Assembly (NCBI GenBank): GCA_017470535.1
Contig: JAFUYP010000014.1
Location: 7,761 to 71,760 of the forward strand
Source of the DNA: Ruminococcus sp.
Lineage (GTDB): Bacteria > Bacillota > Clostridia > Oscillospirales > Ruminococcaceae
Length of the DNA: 64,000 nucleotides
Direction of reading: 5' to 3'
Shown here: in pieces, positions 37,783 through 47,167 of the stretch
How positions within the stretch are numbered: position 1 is the first letter of the stretch
How the letters are laid out: each line of letters opens with the position of its first letter
Notes under the pieces: generated by a model
The model's input: only the letters and a program-made list of their open reading frames with translations
Database searches by the model: none
What the model was told of the DNA's origin: nothing
Translations under genes and position numbers: made by a program

Positions 37783-40293
37783 TCAGTCTCTGTATTCCTC
37801 CATAACGAATGCTTCAAAGATGTCGCCTTCCTTTATGTCTGAGAACTTTTCAAGTGTGATACCGCACTCAAATCCGGAAGCCACTTCCTTGACATCGTCC
37901 TTGAAGCGCTTGAGCGTGCTCATCTTATCCTCGGCGATAACTATACCGTCACGGACAACTCTTATCTCGTCGCTCCTGCCGATCTTGCCTTCAAGCACAT
38001 ACGCACCGGCAACATTGCCGACACCTGTGATCTTATATACCTGACGCACTTCGATACGGGCAGTTTCCACCTCTCTGAACTTAGGTGCGAGCATACCCTT
38101 CATAGCGTCGGTTATCTCTTCTATCGCATCATAGATTATCCTGTAAAGTCTTATATCCACGCCGTCACGCTTAGCATTCTCCTTAGCCACAGGGTCGGGT
38201 CGCACGTTGAAGCCTACGATCAGAGCGTTAGATGCGTTTGCAAGCATTACATCGCTCTCGGAAACAGCGCCGACACCGCCGTGTATCACCTTGACTCTTA
38301 CCTCGTCGTTAGACAGCTTCTCGAGGCTCTGCTTTACAGCCTCTACCGAGCCCTGAACGTCCGCCTTGACTATTATCGGCAGCTCCTTCATCTCGCCCTC
38401 GGAGATCTGGCTGAACAGGTTTTCAAGTGTTACCTTATGGTACTGTGCGAACTGCTCCTCCTTAGCGTCATGCTTACGCTGCTCTACCAGCTCTCTTGCG
38501 AGCTTCTCGTCCTCGACTGCGTTGAACACATCGCCTGCACTCGGGACCTCCGCAAGACCTGTTATCTCAACAGGTGTGGACGGGCCTGCCTTATTGATGC
38601 TCTTGCTGTGGTAGTCGGTCATAGTCCTTATCCTGCCGACTGCCGTACCTGCGATGATGACATCGCCTGAATTGAGCGTACCGTTCTCAACGAGAACTGT
38701 CGCAACAGGACCTTTACCCTTATCAAGTCTTGCCTCGATAACAGTACCCTTGGCAAGTCTGTTGGGATTAGCTTTGAGCTCCTTGACCTCGGCTACGAGA
38801 AGCACGTTTTCAAGCAGCTCGTCTATACCTTCGCCTGTCTTTGCAGACACCGGAACTGCGATAACGTCGCCGCCCCATTCCTCGACTACCAGCTCATGCT
38901 CTGTGAGCTGCTGCTTTACTCTGTCGGGGTCTGCGCCCTCTTTATCCATTTTATTGATAGCCACGATTATAGACACACCTGCTGCCTTTGCGTGGTTTAT
39001 AGACTCTATCGTCTGCGGCATGATACCGTCATCGGCAGCTACGACGAGTATAGCTATATCGGTGATATTAGCGCCCCTTGCTCTCATAGATGTGAAAGCC
39101 TCATGTCCCGGGGTATCGAGGAAGGTTATCTTCTTGCCGTTATATCTTACCTGATATGCACCTATATGCTGTGTGATACCGCCAGCCTCGCCTGCGGCAA
39201 CATTTGCGTGTCTTATCCTGTCAAGGATAGATGTCTTACCGTGGTCAACGTGACCCATAACGACAACGACAGGGCATCTCTCAACGAGATCCTCTTCCTT
39301 GTCCTCCTCGTCCTCGATAAGGCGCTCCTCGATCGTTACGATGACTTCCTTTTCCACCTTAGCGCCCAGCTCGTCTGCCACAAGTGCAGCCGTATCGAAA
39401 TCTATCACCTCATTGATAGATGCCATAACGCCCAGACCCATGAGCTTCTTGATGACCTCGGTAGCTGTGACTTTCAGTCTTGATGCAAGCTCGGACACCA
39501 CTATCTCATCAGGGATAAGCACCTTGAGCTGCTGCTTTCTTGCACGCTCAAGCTCCAGCCTTCTGAGCTTATCCTTCTCGCTTTCAAACTCACGCTTGCC
39601 GTGGCTGCCCTTCTGCTTTTTATACTGCTGCGACTTCTGGGTGAGCTTCTGCTTCTTGGAGTAGTTATCCTTTCCTCCGCCCTGCTTGGAGCTTGCCATA
39701 TTGTCGTATTTTTCGTTATACTTATCAAGCTCTGTATAGCTGCCTCTTGTATCAACTATACGCCTGTTAGAGCCGCTTGATTCCTCGGATACTGTATAGC
39801 CCGTGCTGCTTTCATTAGATGAACCGCCGCCCAAGAGCTGCTGTCTGCCGTGGTCGTGTTTTTTCTCCTTCTTTGCCTTTTTCTCCTGCTTGGACTGATT
39901 GATAGCCTTTGCAGTATCGAACTTTTCAGCCTTAGTCTTTTCCTTATCGGCCTCCGGCTTCTTAGTCTGCTTTTCAGGCTCAGGCTTTTTCTCCTCAGTC
40001 TTCTTTTCTTCCTTGACTGCTGCCGGTTTTTTCTCAGGCTCTGCCTTTTTCTCCTTTGCAGGCTTTTTCTCTTTCGGAGCAGGCGCTACGTTATTTTCAA
40101 AATAAGGTGAAAGATCTTTAAGCGCAGTCTTCTGCGTGAAATATTCAAATACAAAGCTGATCTCGTCCTCAGTAAGTGCTGACATCGCTTTCTTGACGTC
40201 ACCGCCGAGAGTGCCCAGGCACTCTATAAGGTCATTATTTGTAAGCCCGAGATCCTTTGCAAGCTGATTTAACTTAACTGTCGAATTCTTCAT
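37783..40293 (-). CDS. infB: Translation initiation factor IF-2
   Basis: [17 protein letters not shown]. Confidence 0.98.
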   Translation of the reverse strand: MKNSTVKLNQLAKDLGLTNNDLIECLGTLGGDVKKAMSALTEDEISFVFEYFTQKTALKDLSPYFENNVAPAPKEKKPAKEKKAEPEKKPAAVKEEKKTEEKKPEPEKQTKKPEADKEKTKAEKFDTAKAINQSKQEKKAKKEKKHDHGRQQLLGGGSSNESSTGYTVSEESSGSNRRIVDTRGSYTELDKYNEKYDNMASSKQGGGKDNYSKKQKLTQKSQQYKKQKGSHGKREFESEKDKLRRLELERARKQQLKVLIPDEIVVSELASRLKVTATEVIKKLMGLGVMASINEVIDFDTAALVADELGAKVEKEVIVTIEERLIEDEEDKEEDLVERCPVVVVMGHVDHGKTSILDRIRHANVAAGEAGGITQHIGAYQVRYNGKKITFLDTPGHEAFTSMRARGANITDIAILVVAADDGIMPQTIESINHAKAAGVSIIVAINKMDKEGADPDRVKQQLTEHELVVEEWGGDVIAVPVSAKTGEGIDELLENVLLVAEVKELKANPNRLAKGTVIEARLDKGKGPVATVLVENGTLNSGDVIIAGTAVGRIRTMTDYHSKSINKAGPSTPVEITGLAEVPSAGDVFNAVEDEKLARELVEQRKHDAKEEQFAQYHKVTLENLFSQISEGEMKELPIIVKADVQGSVEAVKQSLEKLSNDEVRVKVIHGGVGAVSESDVMLANASNALIVGFNVRPDPVAKENAKRDGVDIRLYRIIYDAIEEITDAMKGMLAPKFREVETARIEVRQVYKITGVGNVAGAYVLEGKIGRSDEIRVVRDGIVIAEDKMSTLKRFKDDVKEVASGFECGITLEKFSDIKEGDIFEAFVMEEYRD

Positions 40294-40317
40294 AGGCGAT
40301 TTTGTCCTCCTTAGTAA

Positions 40318-40656
40318 CTAATCTATGCCGTGAAATTCATCTTCATTTATTTCTATGCTCTGCAATTTTGCCATGAGCGACTTTGCAAAGCCCTTATCGG
40401 TCACCGCTGTGATACCTGCACGCTTGCCAAGCTCCTGCCACACCTCGTCCATCGTGATGCCGAGCGACAAAAGCGGCACGTCATATTTAAAACAGAAAAA
40501 TTTAAGCTCTTTGAGCGTCTTAGGCGACAGGTCAGTCGCTGCACAGCAGCAGCAGGCTGTACCGTTTTTGCAGGCGGTCTTTGCCATATCGAGCCCCAGC
40601 TCGAGCTTGCCTGCTCTCCTGCACATCGTCACGAGCCCCATGATATTCTTACTCAT
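40318..40656 (-). CDS. ylxQ: L7Ae-family RNA-binding protein (YlxQ)
   Basis: GLVTMCRRAGKL...DKGFA; conserved position between ylxR and infB. Confidence 0.85.
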   Translation of the reverse strand: MSKNIMGLVTMCRRAGKLELGLDMAKTACKNGTACCCCAATDLSPKTLKELKFFCFKYDVPLLSLGITMDEVWQELGKRAGITAVTDKGFAKSLMAKLQSIEINEDEFHGID

Positions 40657-40918
40657 CTGCACTCAGCTCCTTTTCAAGGCTCTGATAGACCTCATCGTCT
40701 ATCCTGCACTGAAAGCTCTTTTCAAGCCGTCTTGCTTTTTTTGCAAGCGACAGACAGGACACATTTTTGCATATATATGCTCCCCTGCCGTTTTTCTTGC
40801 CTGTCAGGTCTGCACTTATCTCGCCCTCTGCGGACTTGACTATGCGGATAAGCTCTTTTTTGGGCTTCATCTCCGAGCAGCCGACACACATTCTCATAGG
40901 TATTTTTTTCTGCTTCAT
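40649..40918 (-). CDS. ylxR: YlxR/RnpM-family protein (DUF448)
   Basis: PMRMCVGC, ELIRIV, GRGAYIC. Confidence 0.93.
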   Translation of the reverse strand: MKQKKIPMRMCVGCSEMKPKKELIRIVKSAEGEISADLTGKKNGRGAYICKNVSCLSLAKKARRLEKSFQCRIDDEVYQSLEKELSADE

Positions 40919-40933
40919 AGCGGTTTTCCTTAT

Positions 40934-42064
40934 TTATTCCTCTTCTGTTTCTTCCTGCTCCTGAGCAGGTCTTTCCTCACGGGGCTTCACATCTGCCGCA
41001 TCAGGCTCTTCGGGTACTATATCTATCTTATAGCCTGTGAGCAGGTTTGCGAGCTTTGCGTTCTGTCCCTTATTGCCGATAGCAAGTGAGAGCTGTCTGT
41101 TGGGAACTGTGACTCTGCAAGCCTTTACCTCCGGGTCATCATCAAGTATCTCTACCTTTGTGACCTCGGCAGGGGCAAGCGCCATAGCGATGAACTCCTC
41201 ATCATTCTCGGAGTAGCCGATAATGTCTATCTTCTCGCCGTTTAACTCATTTACAACGTTTTGTATCCTTGATCTTCTCGGACCTATGCAGGCACCGACT
41301 GCGTCAACGTTCGGGTCCTTGCTCCACACTGCCATTTTTGAGCGTGAGCCTGCGACTCTCGATATAGCCTTTATCTCGACTGTACCGTCGTATATCTCGG
41401 GGACTTCAAGCTCGAACAGTCTTTTTACAAGATCCTTATGTGTTCTTGAGATCCTTACTGCGAATCTCTTATCAGGCTCGGAAACGCCCACGACATACAC
41501 CTTTATGATGTCGCCCGGCTTTAATACCTCGCCCGGTATCTGCTCACGGCGTGAAAGGAATATCTCGTTTCTGTTGTTTGCGTCATTCTTGTCTATGACA
41601 AGTATCGCATTGAGCGTTTCAGGCTCTACCTTCTCAACTGTTGCGGAGATACATTCCTTCGCCTTATCGGAATACTGTGCTATCAGTCTTTCCTTTTCTA
41701 TCCTCTTGATGTCGTTTCTTATAGACTGCTTTGCAGCCTGTGCAGCGACTCTGCCGAATTTTGCGGAGTTGAGCTTTATCTCAACAGTACCGCCGACCCT
41801 TGCACGCTTGCTTATCGTGAGTGCTTCGTCGATATTTATCTGATTTGCAGGGTCTTCCGGCTCGCCCTCGACTACGTCCTTGATTATCTTCATCTCGAAC
41901 TTCCCTTTTTCGGGGTCGATAGTAACGTTTATATTCTCGCTGCCCGGGTAGTCCTTTTTGATAGCCATAAGTATGCCTGCTCTTATCTTTTCGATAAGTA
42001 CCTCAGCGTCGATATGGTTGTCTGTTTCAAGTGATGTCAGCGCATCAAAAAAATCATGGTTCAT
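40934..42064 (-). CDS. nusA: Transcription termination factor NusA
   Basis: FGRVAAQAAKQ, LFELEVPEI, AIGNKGQN. Confidence 0.97.
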   Translation of the reverse strand: MNHDFFDALTSLETDNHIDAEVLIEKIRAGILMAIKKDYPGSENINVTIDPEKGKFEMKIIKDVVEGEPEDPANQINIDEALTISKRARVGGTVEIKLNSAKFGRVAAQAAKQSIRNDIKRIEKERLIAQYSDKAKECISATVEKVEPETLNAILVIDKNDANNRNEIFLSRREQIPGEVLKPGDIIKVYVVGVSEPDKRFAVRISRTHKDLVKRLFELEVPEIYDGTVEIKAISRVAGSRSKMAVWSKDPNVDAVGACIGPRRSRIQNVVNELNGEKIDIIGYSENDEEFIAMALAPAEVTKVEILDDDPEVKACRVTVPNRQLSLAIGNKGQNAKLANLLTGYKIDIVPEEPDAADVKPREERPAQEQEETEEE

Positions 42065-42106
42065 TTTTCTAAGTTCCTCCTAATCTCACATCTGTCCGTC
42101 AGATAT

Positions 42107-42130
42107 TCTTGCCTCTTGCCTCTTGCCTCT
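42107..42130. repeat. Heptamer tandem repeat (TCTTGCC)x3.4
   Basis: TCTTGCCTCTTGCCTCTTGCCTCT between rimP and nusA. Confidence 0.8.
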
Positions 42131-42623
42131 AATCGAACAGATCATTGTCATCGTAAAGCTTTATATATGCACAATCGGAAATCTTTATTTCAATAGGTTC
42201 CAAGACATTTCCGTCGTCATCAGTTTCATGCCCGTAGAGCTTTTCCTTGTCATACGAATCAAGCCCCACCAAAAATTCCTTTCTGCCGTCTGCCGCCGGT
42301 CGGATGAGCTTTATTTTGAGCGCATCGCCTATACAGGCTTCAAAATGCTCGGGGCGTCTGAGCTCCCTGCCAAGCCCGGGCGAACCGACCTCCAGCACAT
42401 ACTGCTCCTTTATCGGGTCTTTTTCATCAAGCAGCTTGTTTAAAGGTCTTGTGACATTCTCACAGTCCTCGATGCTTATACCATCGTCCGAGTCTATGAA
42501 CACCCGGAGGTAGTAGGTAGCACCCTCCTTTTCATACCTTACGTCCCACAGAAACAGCCCCAGCTCATCACATATCGGCTGTGCCATTTCTCTGACCAGT
42601 GCGGCGGTATTTTTCTTTTCCAT
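42129..42623 (-). CDS. rimP: Ribosome maturation factor RimP
   Basis: LRVFID, YVLEVGSPG; GAGG RBS before ATG 42623. Confidence 0.95.
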   Translation of the reverse strand: MEKKNTAALVREMAQPICDELGLFLWDVRYEKEGATYYLRVFIDSDDGISIEDCENVTRPLNKLLDEKDPIKEQYVLEVGSPGLGRELRRPEHFEACIGDALKIKLIRPAADGRKEFLVGLDSYDKEKLYGHETDDDGNVLEPIEIKISDCAYIKLYDDNDLFD

Positions 42624-42659
42624 AACATTCCTCATTTCGTTACAGCGCTATACAAAATC

Positions 42660-42687
42660 AAAAGACCGGAAGTGGATTCCAGTCTTT
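42660..42687 (-). promoter_or_regulatory. rimP leader terminator-like hairpin
   Basis: AAAGACTGGAA-TCCAC-TTCCGGTCTTTT between the promoter and rimP, the position of the Firmicute rimP/ylxS leader. Confidence 0.6.
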
Positions 42688-42707
42688 GTAATAAAACTAT
42701 CATATAT

Positions 42708-42736
42708 ATTATAGCACAACGAAACAACTTTTGCAA
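42708..42736 (-). promoter_or_regulatory. Sigma-A promoter of the rimP-nusA-infB operon
   Basis: TTGCAA-17 nt-TATAAT with an extended TG. Confidence 0.7.
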
Positions 42737-42844
42737 GCAAATAATCCCGTTTTTTAAGATATTTTTTGAACATTTAGAGAAGTATTTGTAAATTCTCCCA
42801 TATGCAGGCTTTTACCCGGCTGAAAACTTCTTATACCTCTCTTC

Positions 42845-42863
42845 CCCGGCGGTATTGCCTTTA
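42845..42863. repeat. Isolated MITE terminus remnant next to the upp stop
   Basis: CCCGGCGGTATTGCC+TTTA versus the MITE end CCCGGCGGTGTTGCC+TTTA (one mismatch). Confidence 0.5.
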
Positions 42864-43502
42864 TCAGTCCTGAGCGAACGTGCCGAATATCCTGTCGCCT
42901 GCATCGCCAAGCCCCGGCACGATATAAGCATCGTCGTTAAGACATTCATCAAGCGCACCTACATAGATCTCAATATCAGGGTGGGCTGTCCTTAATCTTT
43001 CAAGCCCTTCGGGTGCGGCTATTATGCACATGAATTTTATTTGCGTGCAGCCCTTTCCCTTTAAAAGATCTATCGCCGCCGCAGCAGAGCCGCCCGTCGC
43101 AAGCATAGGGTCGGTGACGATAACTATTCTCTTGTCAAGGTCGCCGGGTAGCTTTGAGAGATACTCGTGCGGCTCGTGGGTAGTCTCATCACGGTAAAGC
43201 CCGATATGCCCGACCTTAGCGCCCGGCAGCAGCGAGAGTATACCGCCTGTCATGCCGAGCCCAGCACGAAGTATCGGCACGACTGCGGCTTTTTTGCCCG
43301 AAAGCACCGGCTGCATACTGTCACATATGGGTGTACGCACTTGCACCAATTCTGTCGGCAGGTCACGGAGCGCCTCATACGCCATGAGCATGGAGATCTC
43401 CTCGACTAACTTGCGAAACTCCTTTGTGCCTGTATCCTTATCCCGAAGCAGAGTTATCTTGTGTTTTATAAGCGGGTGGTCAAAAATCATAGGCTCTTTC
43501 AT
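42864..43502 (-). CDS. upp: Uracil phosphoribosyltransferase
   Basis: [24 protein letters not shown]. Confidence 0.97.
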   Translation of the reverse strand: MKEPMIFDHPLIKHKITLLRDKDTGTKEFRKLVEEISMLMAYEALRDLPTELVQVRTPICDSMQPVLSGKKAAVVPILRAGLGMTGGILSLLPGAKVGHIGLYRDETTHEPHEYLSKLPGDLDKRIVIVTDPMLATGGSAAAAIDLLKGKGCTQIKFMCIIAAPEGLERLRTAHPDIEIYVGALDECLNDDAYIVPGLGDAGDRIFGTFAQD

Positions 43503-43506
43503 ATCA

Positions 43507-44058
43507 TTACTCCTTTGTGTCGTACTCTGCTATATATGGCAGGTTCCTGAAATACTCCGCACAGTCAAGCCCATAGCCTATCACAAACTTATCAGGTATC
43601 GTAAAGAGCGTGTAATCAGCCTCAAACCCCACCTGGCGGCGTGAGGGCTTATCAAGCAGCGTTATGACTTTAAGTGAGAGAGGAGATCTTTCTTTGAGCA
43701 TCTCAACTATCTTTTTCAGCGTCCTGCCGGTGTCTATTATATCCTCGGCTATCAGAACGTGATAGCGGCTTATATCCTGCGTCAGGTCGTAGGTGATAGT
43801 GACCTCCCCTGACGAATCAGTGCCTTCGTAGTAGCTCTGCGCCGCCATAAAGCCTGTTTCAAACGGTATATCTATATGCCGTTCAAGATCAGCCAAAAAG
43901 ACGAACGCCCCCTTTAATATACTGACCACAAGAAGCGGCTTGCCCTCATACTCCCGTGTTATCAGTGCGCCGTACTCTGCGAGCTTTTTATCTATCTCGT
44001 CTTTTCTTATAAGGACATTTTTTATCCTGCTTTTATATTCCTGTATATCTGTCAGCAC
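43507..44058 (-). CDS. hpt: Hypoxanthine phosphoribosyltransferase
   Basis: [27 protein letters not shown] 44058 with a GAGGAG RBS. Confidence 0.95.
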   Translation of the reverse strand: MLTDIQEYKSRIKNVLIRKDEIDKKLAEYGALITREYEGKPLLVVSILKGAFVFLADLERHIDIPFETGFMAAQSYYEGTDSSGEVTITYDLTQDISRYHVLIAEDIIDTGRTLKKIVEMLKERSPLSLKVITLLDKPSRRQVGFEADYTLFTIPDKFVIGYGLDCAEYFRNLPYIAEYDTKE

Positions 44059-44079
44059 AATATCACACTCCTCTTTTTT

Positions 44080-44108
44080 AGTATAGCACACCTCAAACGA
44101 TTTTTCAA
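44080..44108 (-). promoter_or_regulatory. Sigma-A promoter of hpt-upp
   Basis: TTGAAA-17 nt-TATACT with an extended TG. Confidence 0.6.
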
Positions 44109-44126
44109 GGCTGATTTTTATTTATA

Positions 44127-44179
44127 TAAAGTTAGCAGGCGCTAACTTTATTAATTAGTTATACCATGCTAACTAATTA
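44127..44179. promoter_or_regulatory. Two tandem GTTAG-N6-CTAAC boxes upstream of the ferredoxin promoter
   Basis: TAAAGTTAGC-AGGC-GCTAACTTTA (44127-44150) and TAATTAGTTA-TACCATGC-TAACTAATTA (44152-44179). Confidence 0.7.
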
Positions 44180-44210
44180 TTAATATTTAGTTAAACTTTG
44201 TTCAAAACAC

Positions 44211-44238
44211 TTGCATTTTCTGAGATTTATGTTATCAT
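44211..44238 (+). promoter_or_regulatory. Ferredoxin promoter
   Basis: TTGCAT-16 nt-TATCAT with an extended TG. Confidence 0.55.
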
Positions 44239-44316
44239 TATTATAGCGGATAAGTTTCCGTAGATTTAAGGATTTAGCCGTGTTTCACGGCAGAGGATAA
44301 TGAGGAGGATATTATT

Positions 44317-44487
44317 ATGGCTTACAAGATCTCTGATGAATGTATCGCTTGCGGCGCTTGTGCAGAAGGCTGCCCCGTAGGTGCTATTTCCGAAGGCGAC
44401 GGCAAATATGTTATAGATGCTGATGCTTGCATCGACTGCGGCGCTTGCGCTGGTGTTTGCCCTGTTGGCGCACCTGTTGAAGGCTGA
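44317..44487 (+). CDS. fdx: Clostridial-type 2[4Fe-4S] ferredoxin, 56 aa (not in the ORF track)
   Basis: MAYKISDECIACGACAEGCPVGAISEGDGKYVIDADACIDCGACAGVCPVGAPVEG; two CxxCxxCxxxCP motifs; GAGGAGG RBS. Confidence 0.97.
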   Translation: MAYKISDECIACGACAEGCPVGAISEGDGKYVIDADACIDCGACAGVCPVGAPVEG

Positions 44488-44498
44488 TAAAAAGCACT

Positions 44499-44531
44499 AT
44501 GCTCCCTGCCTGACGGCAGGGAGCATTTTTT
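44499..44531 (+). terminator. Ferredoxin terminator
   Basis: ATGCTCCCTGCC-TGAC-GGCAGGGAGCAT followed by a T-tract. Confidence 0.9.
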
Positions 44532-44616
44532 GTATGAGCGGCGGTTTATTGACATTGTTCTAATAATATGGTAAAATGAGCTTATCATAAAAGATACAAA
44601 AAGGTGTGGATACACA

Positions 44617-46272
44617 TTGAAAAAATTTATAAGCATAAAAAACGAATACACTGTAAGCGATAATCAGTACCCGGAAAAGAGTGCTGAGTTTATCGGCAGC
44701 AGTCTTAAAGAGATAGGCATAAACAAAAAGCTCGCCCAGAAAACTGAGCTTTTGTGTGAGGAAACTATCACGCAGATGACAGCGCACGCCCCGGAGAATG
44801 CTTCTCTCGGTGTAAAGATACGCCGCAGCCTTGGTGATGTCTATGTATCTCTGCAAATGCAGGGCAGTGAGTTCGATATGCTCGATGCGCCGGAAAGCTA
44901 CTCTGATGAGATGTCAGACGAGCACGCTCAGACGTTTTTCCGCTCGCTGCTTTTCCGCTCGCTCGGGGAGAATTACAAATACTCCCACAAAAACGGTGTG
45001 AACAAAGCACGCATCGCTGTTGGTACTTCGCAGCAGTCGGGGCTGATATTTACGATCATTGCCATGCTGCTGGGGCTGTTTGTCGGCATACTTATGAAGA
45101 CCATTATACCCGAAAGTGCCGTTGAGATAATAAGCACCTATGCGCTTACGCCTTTTAAAACAATGTTTATGAATGCGCTGAAAATAATAATAGCGCCGGT
45201 AGTGTTCTTCTCGATAGTCACCTGCTTTTCGCAGTTTGAGAGCGTTGCAGAGCTGGGGCGGCTGGGTGCGAAGGTCATGGGTATGTACCTGTTGACGACA
45301 GTTATCGCTGTGGTGCTGGGGTTCACTATGGTAAGCCTGATACAGCCGGGTGAGTTCGGGTTTGCGCTCGGCACTGAAGCTGCCGGTGTTAACGTATCTG
45401 CTGATGTTGATACGTCATTATTGCACACCATAGTGGATATAGTTCCTGACAACTTTTTAAGCCCGTTTCTTAATTCCAGTACCTTGCAGATAATCTTCTT
45501 AGCGATACTGTGCGGTGTAGCCGTCGGCAGGATAGGTCAGTATTCAAAGCCTGTAAAGGATATTTTTGAATCGTGCAACTCTTTGTTTTTAGAGATAACG
45601 ATGCTCATAGCAAAAGCTATCCCGGCAGCGGTGTTCTGCTCGGTGGCGCTTTTGGTGAATGATATGGACGCTAAAAACCTGCTCTCCGTTTTAGGCGGTG
45701 CAGGCGTTCAGATATCGACTATACTTACAATGATGTGTATTTACGGGCTGCTGGTGCTTATCCTTGCAAGAGTCAACCCTTTGAAGTTTTACAAGAAAGC
45801 ATCAGAGGGCATGATAACGAGCTTTACACTGTGTTCAAGCTCGGCGGCTATGCCTACTAATCTGCGTGTATGCACTGACAAGCTCGGTGTACACCCGAAG
45901 GTGTGCAACTTCTCCATTCCGCTCGGTGCGACTGTGAATATGGACGGGGTCTGCATATTCCTGTCAGTGCTCGGAACATTCATCGCAAGGGCATACGGCG
46001 TTGATATAAGTTTTGAAACTATGATCTCTGCGGCTATCACGATAATACTTTTATCTCTTGGCGCTCCGGGAGTGCCGGGAAGTGCGTTTATATGCCTGGG
46101 CGTGGTACTTAAAGCATTTAATGTCCCGATAGAGGGCATGAGCCTTATGTTTGCGGTAGCGCCGATACTTGATATGTTCGATACTATGTCAAACACCACC
46201 GGCGACGTGGCAGCAGCTGTTATAGTCGCAAAGAGCGAAAAGCTGCTCGATATGGAAAAATACAACTCTTAG
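44617..46272 (+). CDS. Dicarboxylate/amino acid:cation symporter (DAACS/SDF) with an extra N-terminal ~135-aa soluble domain
   Basis: SSSAAMP, GATVNMDG, GAPGVPG, DMFDTMSNTTGD; TTG start after a TTGACA-17 nt-TAAAAT promoter. Confidence 0.9.
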   Translation: MKKFISIKNEYTVSDNQYPEKSAEFIGSSLKEIGINKKLAQKTELLCEETITQMTAHAPENASLGVKIRRSLGDVYVSLQMQGSEFDMLDAPESYSDEMSDEHAQTFFRSLLFRSLGENYKYSHKNGVNKARIAVGTSQQSGLIFTIIAMLLGLFVGILMKTIIPESAVEIISTYALTPFKTMFMNALKIIIAPVVFFSIVTCFSQFESVAELGRLGAKVMGMYLLTTVIAVVLGFTMVSLIQPGEFGFALGTEAAGVNVSADVDTSLLHTIVDIVPDNFLSPFLNSSTLQIIFLAILCGVAVGRIGQYSKPVKDIFESCNSLFLEITMLIAKAIPAAVFCSVALLVNDMDAKNLLSVLGGAGVQISTILTMMCIYGLLVLILARVNPLKFYKKASEGMITSFTLCSSSAAMPTNLRVCTDKLGVHPKVCNFSIPLGATVNMDGVCIFLSVLGTFIARAYGVDISFETMISAAITIILLSLGAPGVPGSAFICLGVVLKAFNVPIEGMSLMFAVAPILDMFDTMSNTTGDVAAAVIVAKSEKLLDMEKYNS

Positions 46273-46281
46273 GAGAAAAAC

Positions 46282-46737
46282 ATGGCAGACAGATTTATGA
46301 AAATTGCGATAGACGAGGCAGAAAAAGGCATTGCTGCCGGGCACGGCGGACCTTTCGGGTGCGTGATAGTCAAGGACGGTAAGGTCATAGGAAAAGGTCA
46401 CAATGAGGTGCTTTTGCAGCACGACCCCACCTGCCACGGTGAGATAATGGCTATAAGAAACACCTGCAAGGAGCTTGGCACGATAGATCTCACAGGCTGT
46501 GAGCTTTACACTACGGCAGAGCCGTGTCCGATGTGTCTGGGGGCTATACTGTGGGCAAATATATCAAAAGTCTACTACGGGTGCAGTATAAGCGATACTG
46601 ACAGTATCGGTTTTCGTGACGAGGTATTCTATGATACATGGAACGACAAGGCACGGGAGATGCTAAGCGAGCTTGACCGTGAGGACTGCCTTAGAGTATT
46701 TGACAAGTATAAAAAGCTCAGAGCGCAGAGGTATTAA
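46282..46737 (+). CDS. guaD: Guanine/nucleoside deaminase (GuaD-like)
   Basis: GGPFG, DPTCHGE, EPCPMC. Confidence 0.85.
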   Translation: MADRFMKIAIDEAEKGIAAGHGGPFGCVIVKDGKVIGKGHNEVLLQHDPTCHGEIMAIRNTCKELGTIDLTGCELYTTAEPCPMCLGAILWANISKVYYGCSISDTDSIGFRDEVFYDTWNDKAREMLSELDREDCLRVFDKYKKLRAQRY

Positions 46738-46738
46738 G

Positions 46739-47101
46739 ATGATAAGATACATTCACGAGCCGACCGATCTTCAGTGCGGACAGGCTGTACTTGCTATGGT
46801 GCTGGGCATGAGCGCTGATGAGATAGTCAGATTTCTTGACAATGACAGGGAAACAGATCTTAAAGAGATGAAAAACACCCTGCGTCATTTCGGGGCATGG
46901 GTATCGGATCAGCGTGTGGAGGTAACTGAAAAAGAGCAGCTGCCGAAGATCTGTATGCTAAGCCTTGAAACGCCACGCTGCTGGCACTGGTCGCTTTATG
47001 CGCACGGCGTTTTCTATGACCCGGAGCATGGGGTGATGAATGATTTCCCGACTGCAAAGCGCAAATACTACTGGGAGATACGCCTTGACAAAGAGGGATA
47101 A
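46739..47101 (+). CDS. Hypothetical protein, papain-like/C39-type fold candidate
   Basis: QCGQAVLAM...WHWSLY...YDP. Start ATG 46739, 1 nt after the guaD stop. Confidence 0.7.
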   Translation: MIRYIHEPTDLQCGQAVLAMVLGMSADEIVRFLDNDRETDLKEMKNTLRHFGAWVSDQRVEVTEKEQLPKICMLSLETPRCWHWSLYAHGVFYDPEHGVMNDFPTAKRKYYWEIRLDKEG

Positions 47102-47135
47102 AAGTGGTACAATGTAATTGTCAAAAAATTATCAG
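47085..47135 (+). promoter_or_regulatory. rex promoter with an overlapping Rex-box-like site
   Basis: TTGACA-17 nt-TACAAT; TTGTCAAAAAATTATCAG at 47118-47135. Confidence 0.6.
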
Positions 47136-47167
47136 GCACACAGGTGCTTTTTTCCGAGGTGAACCAG

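Noticed and set aside
39500-40293. Lys/Glu-rich low-complexity stretch in infB
   Set aside because: This is the normal variable N-terminal region of IF-2.
44322-44651. 109-aa minus-strand ORF with PQA repeats
   Set aside because: It is the antisense of the real 56-aa ferredoxin at 44317-44487.
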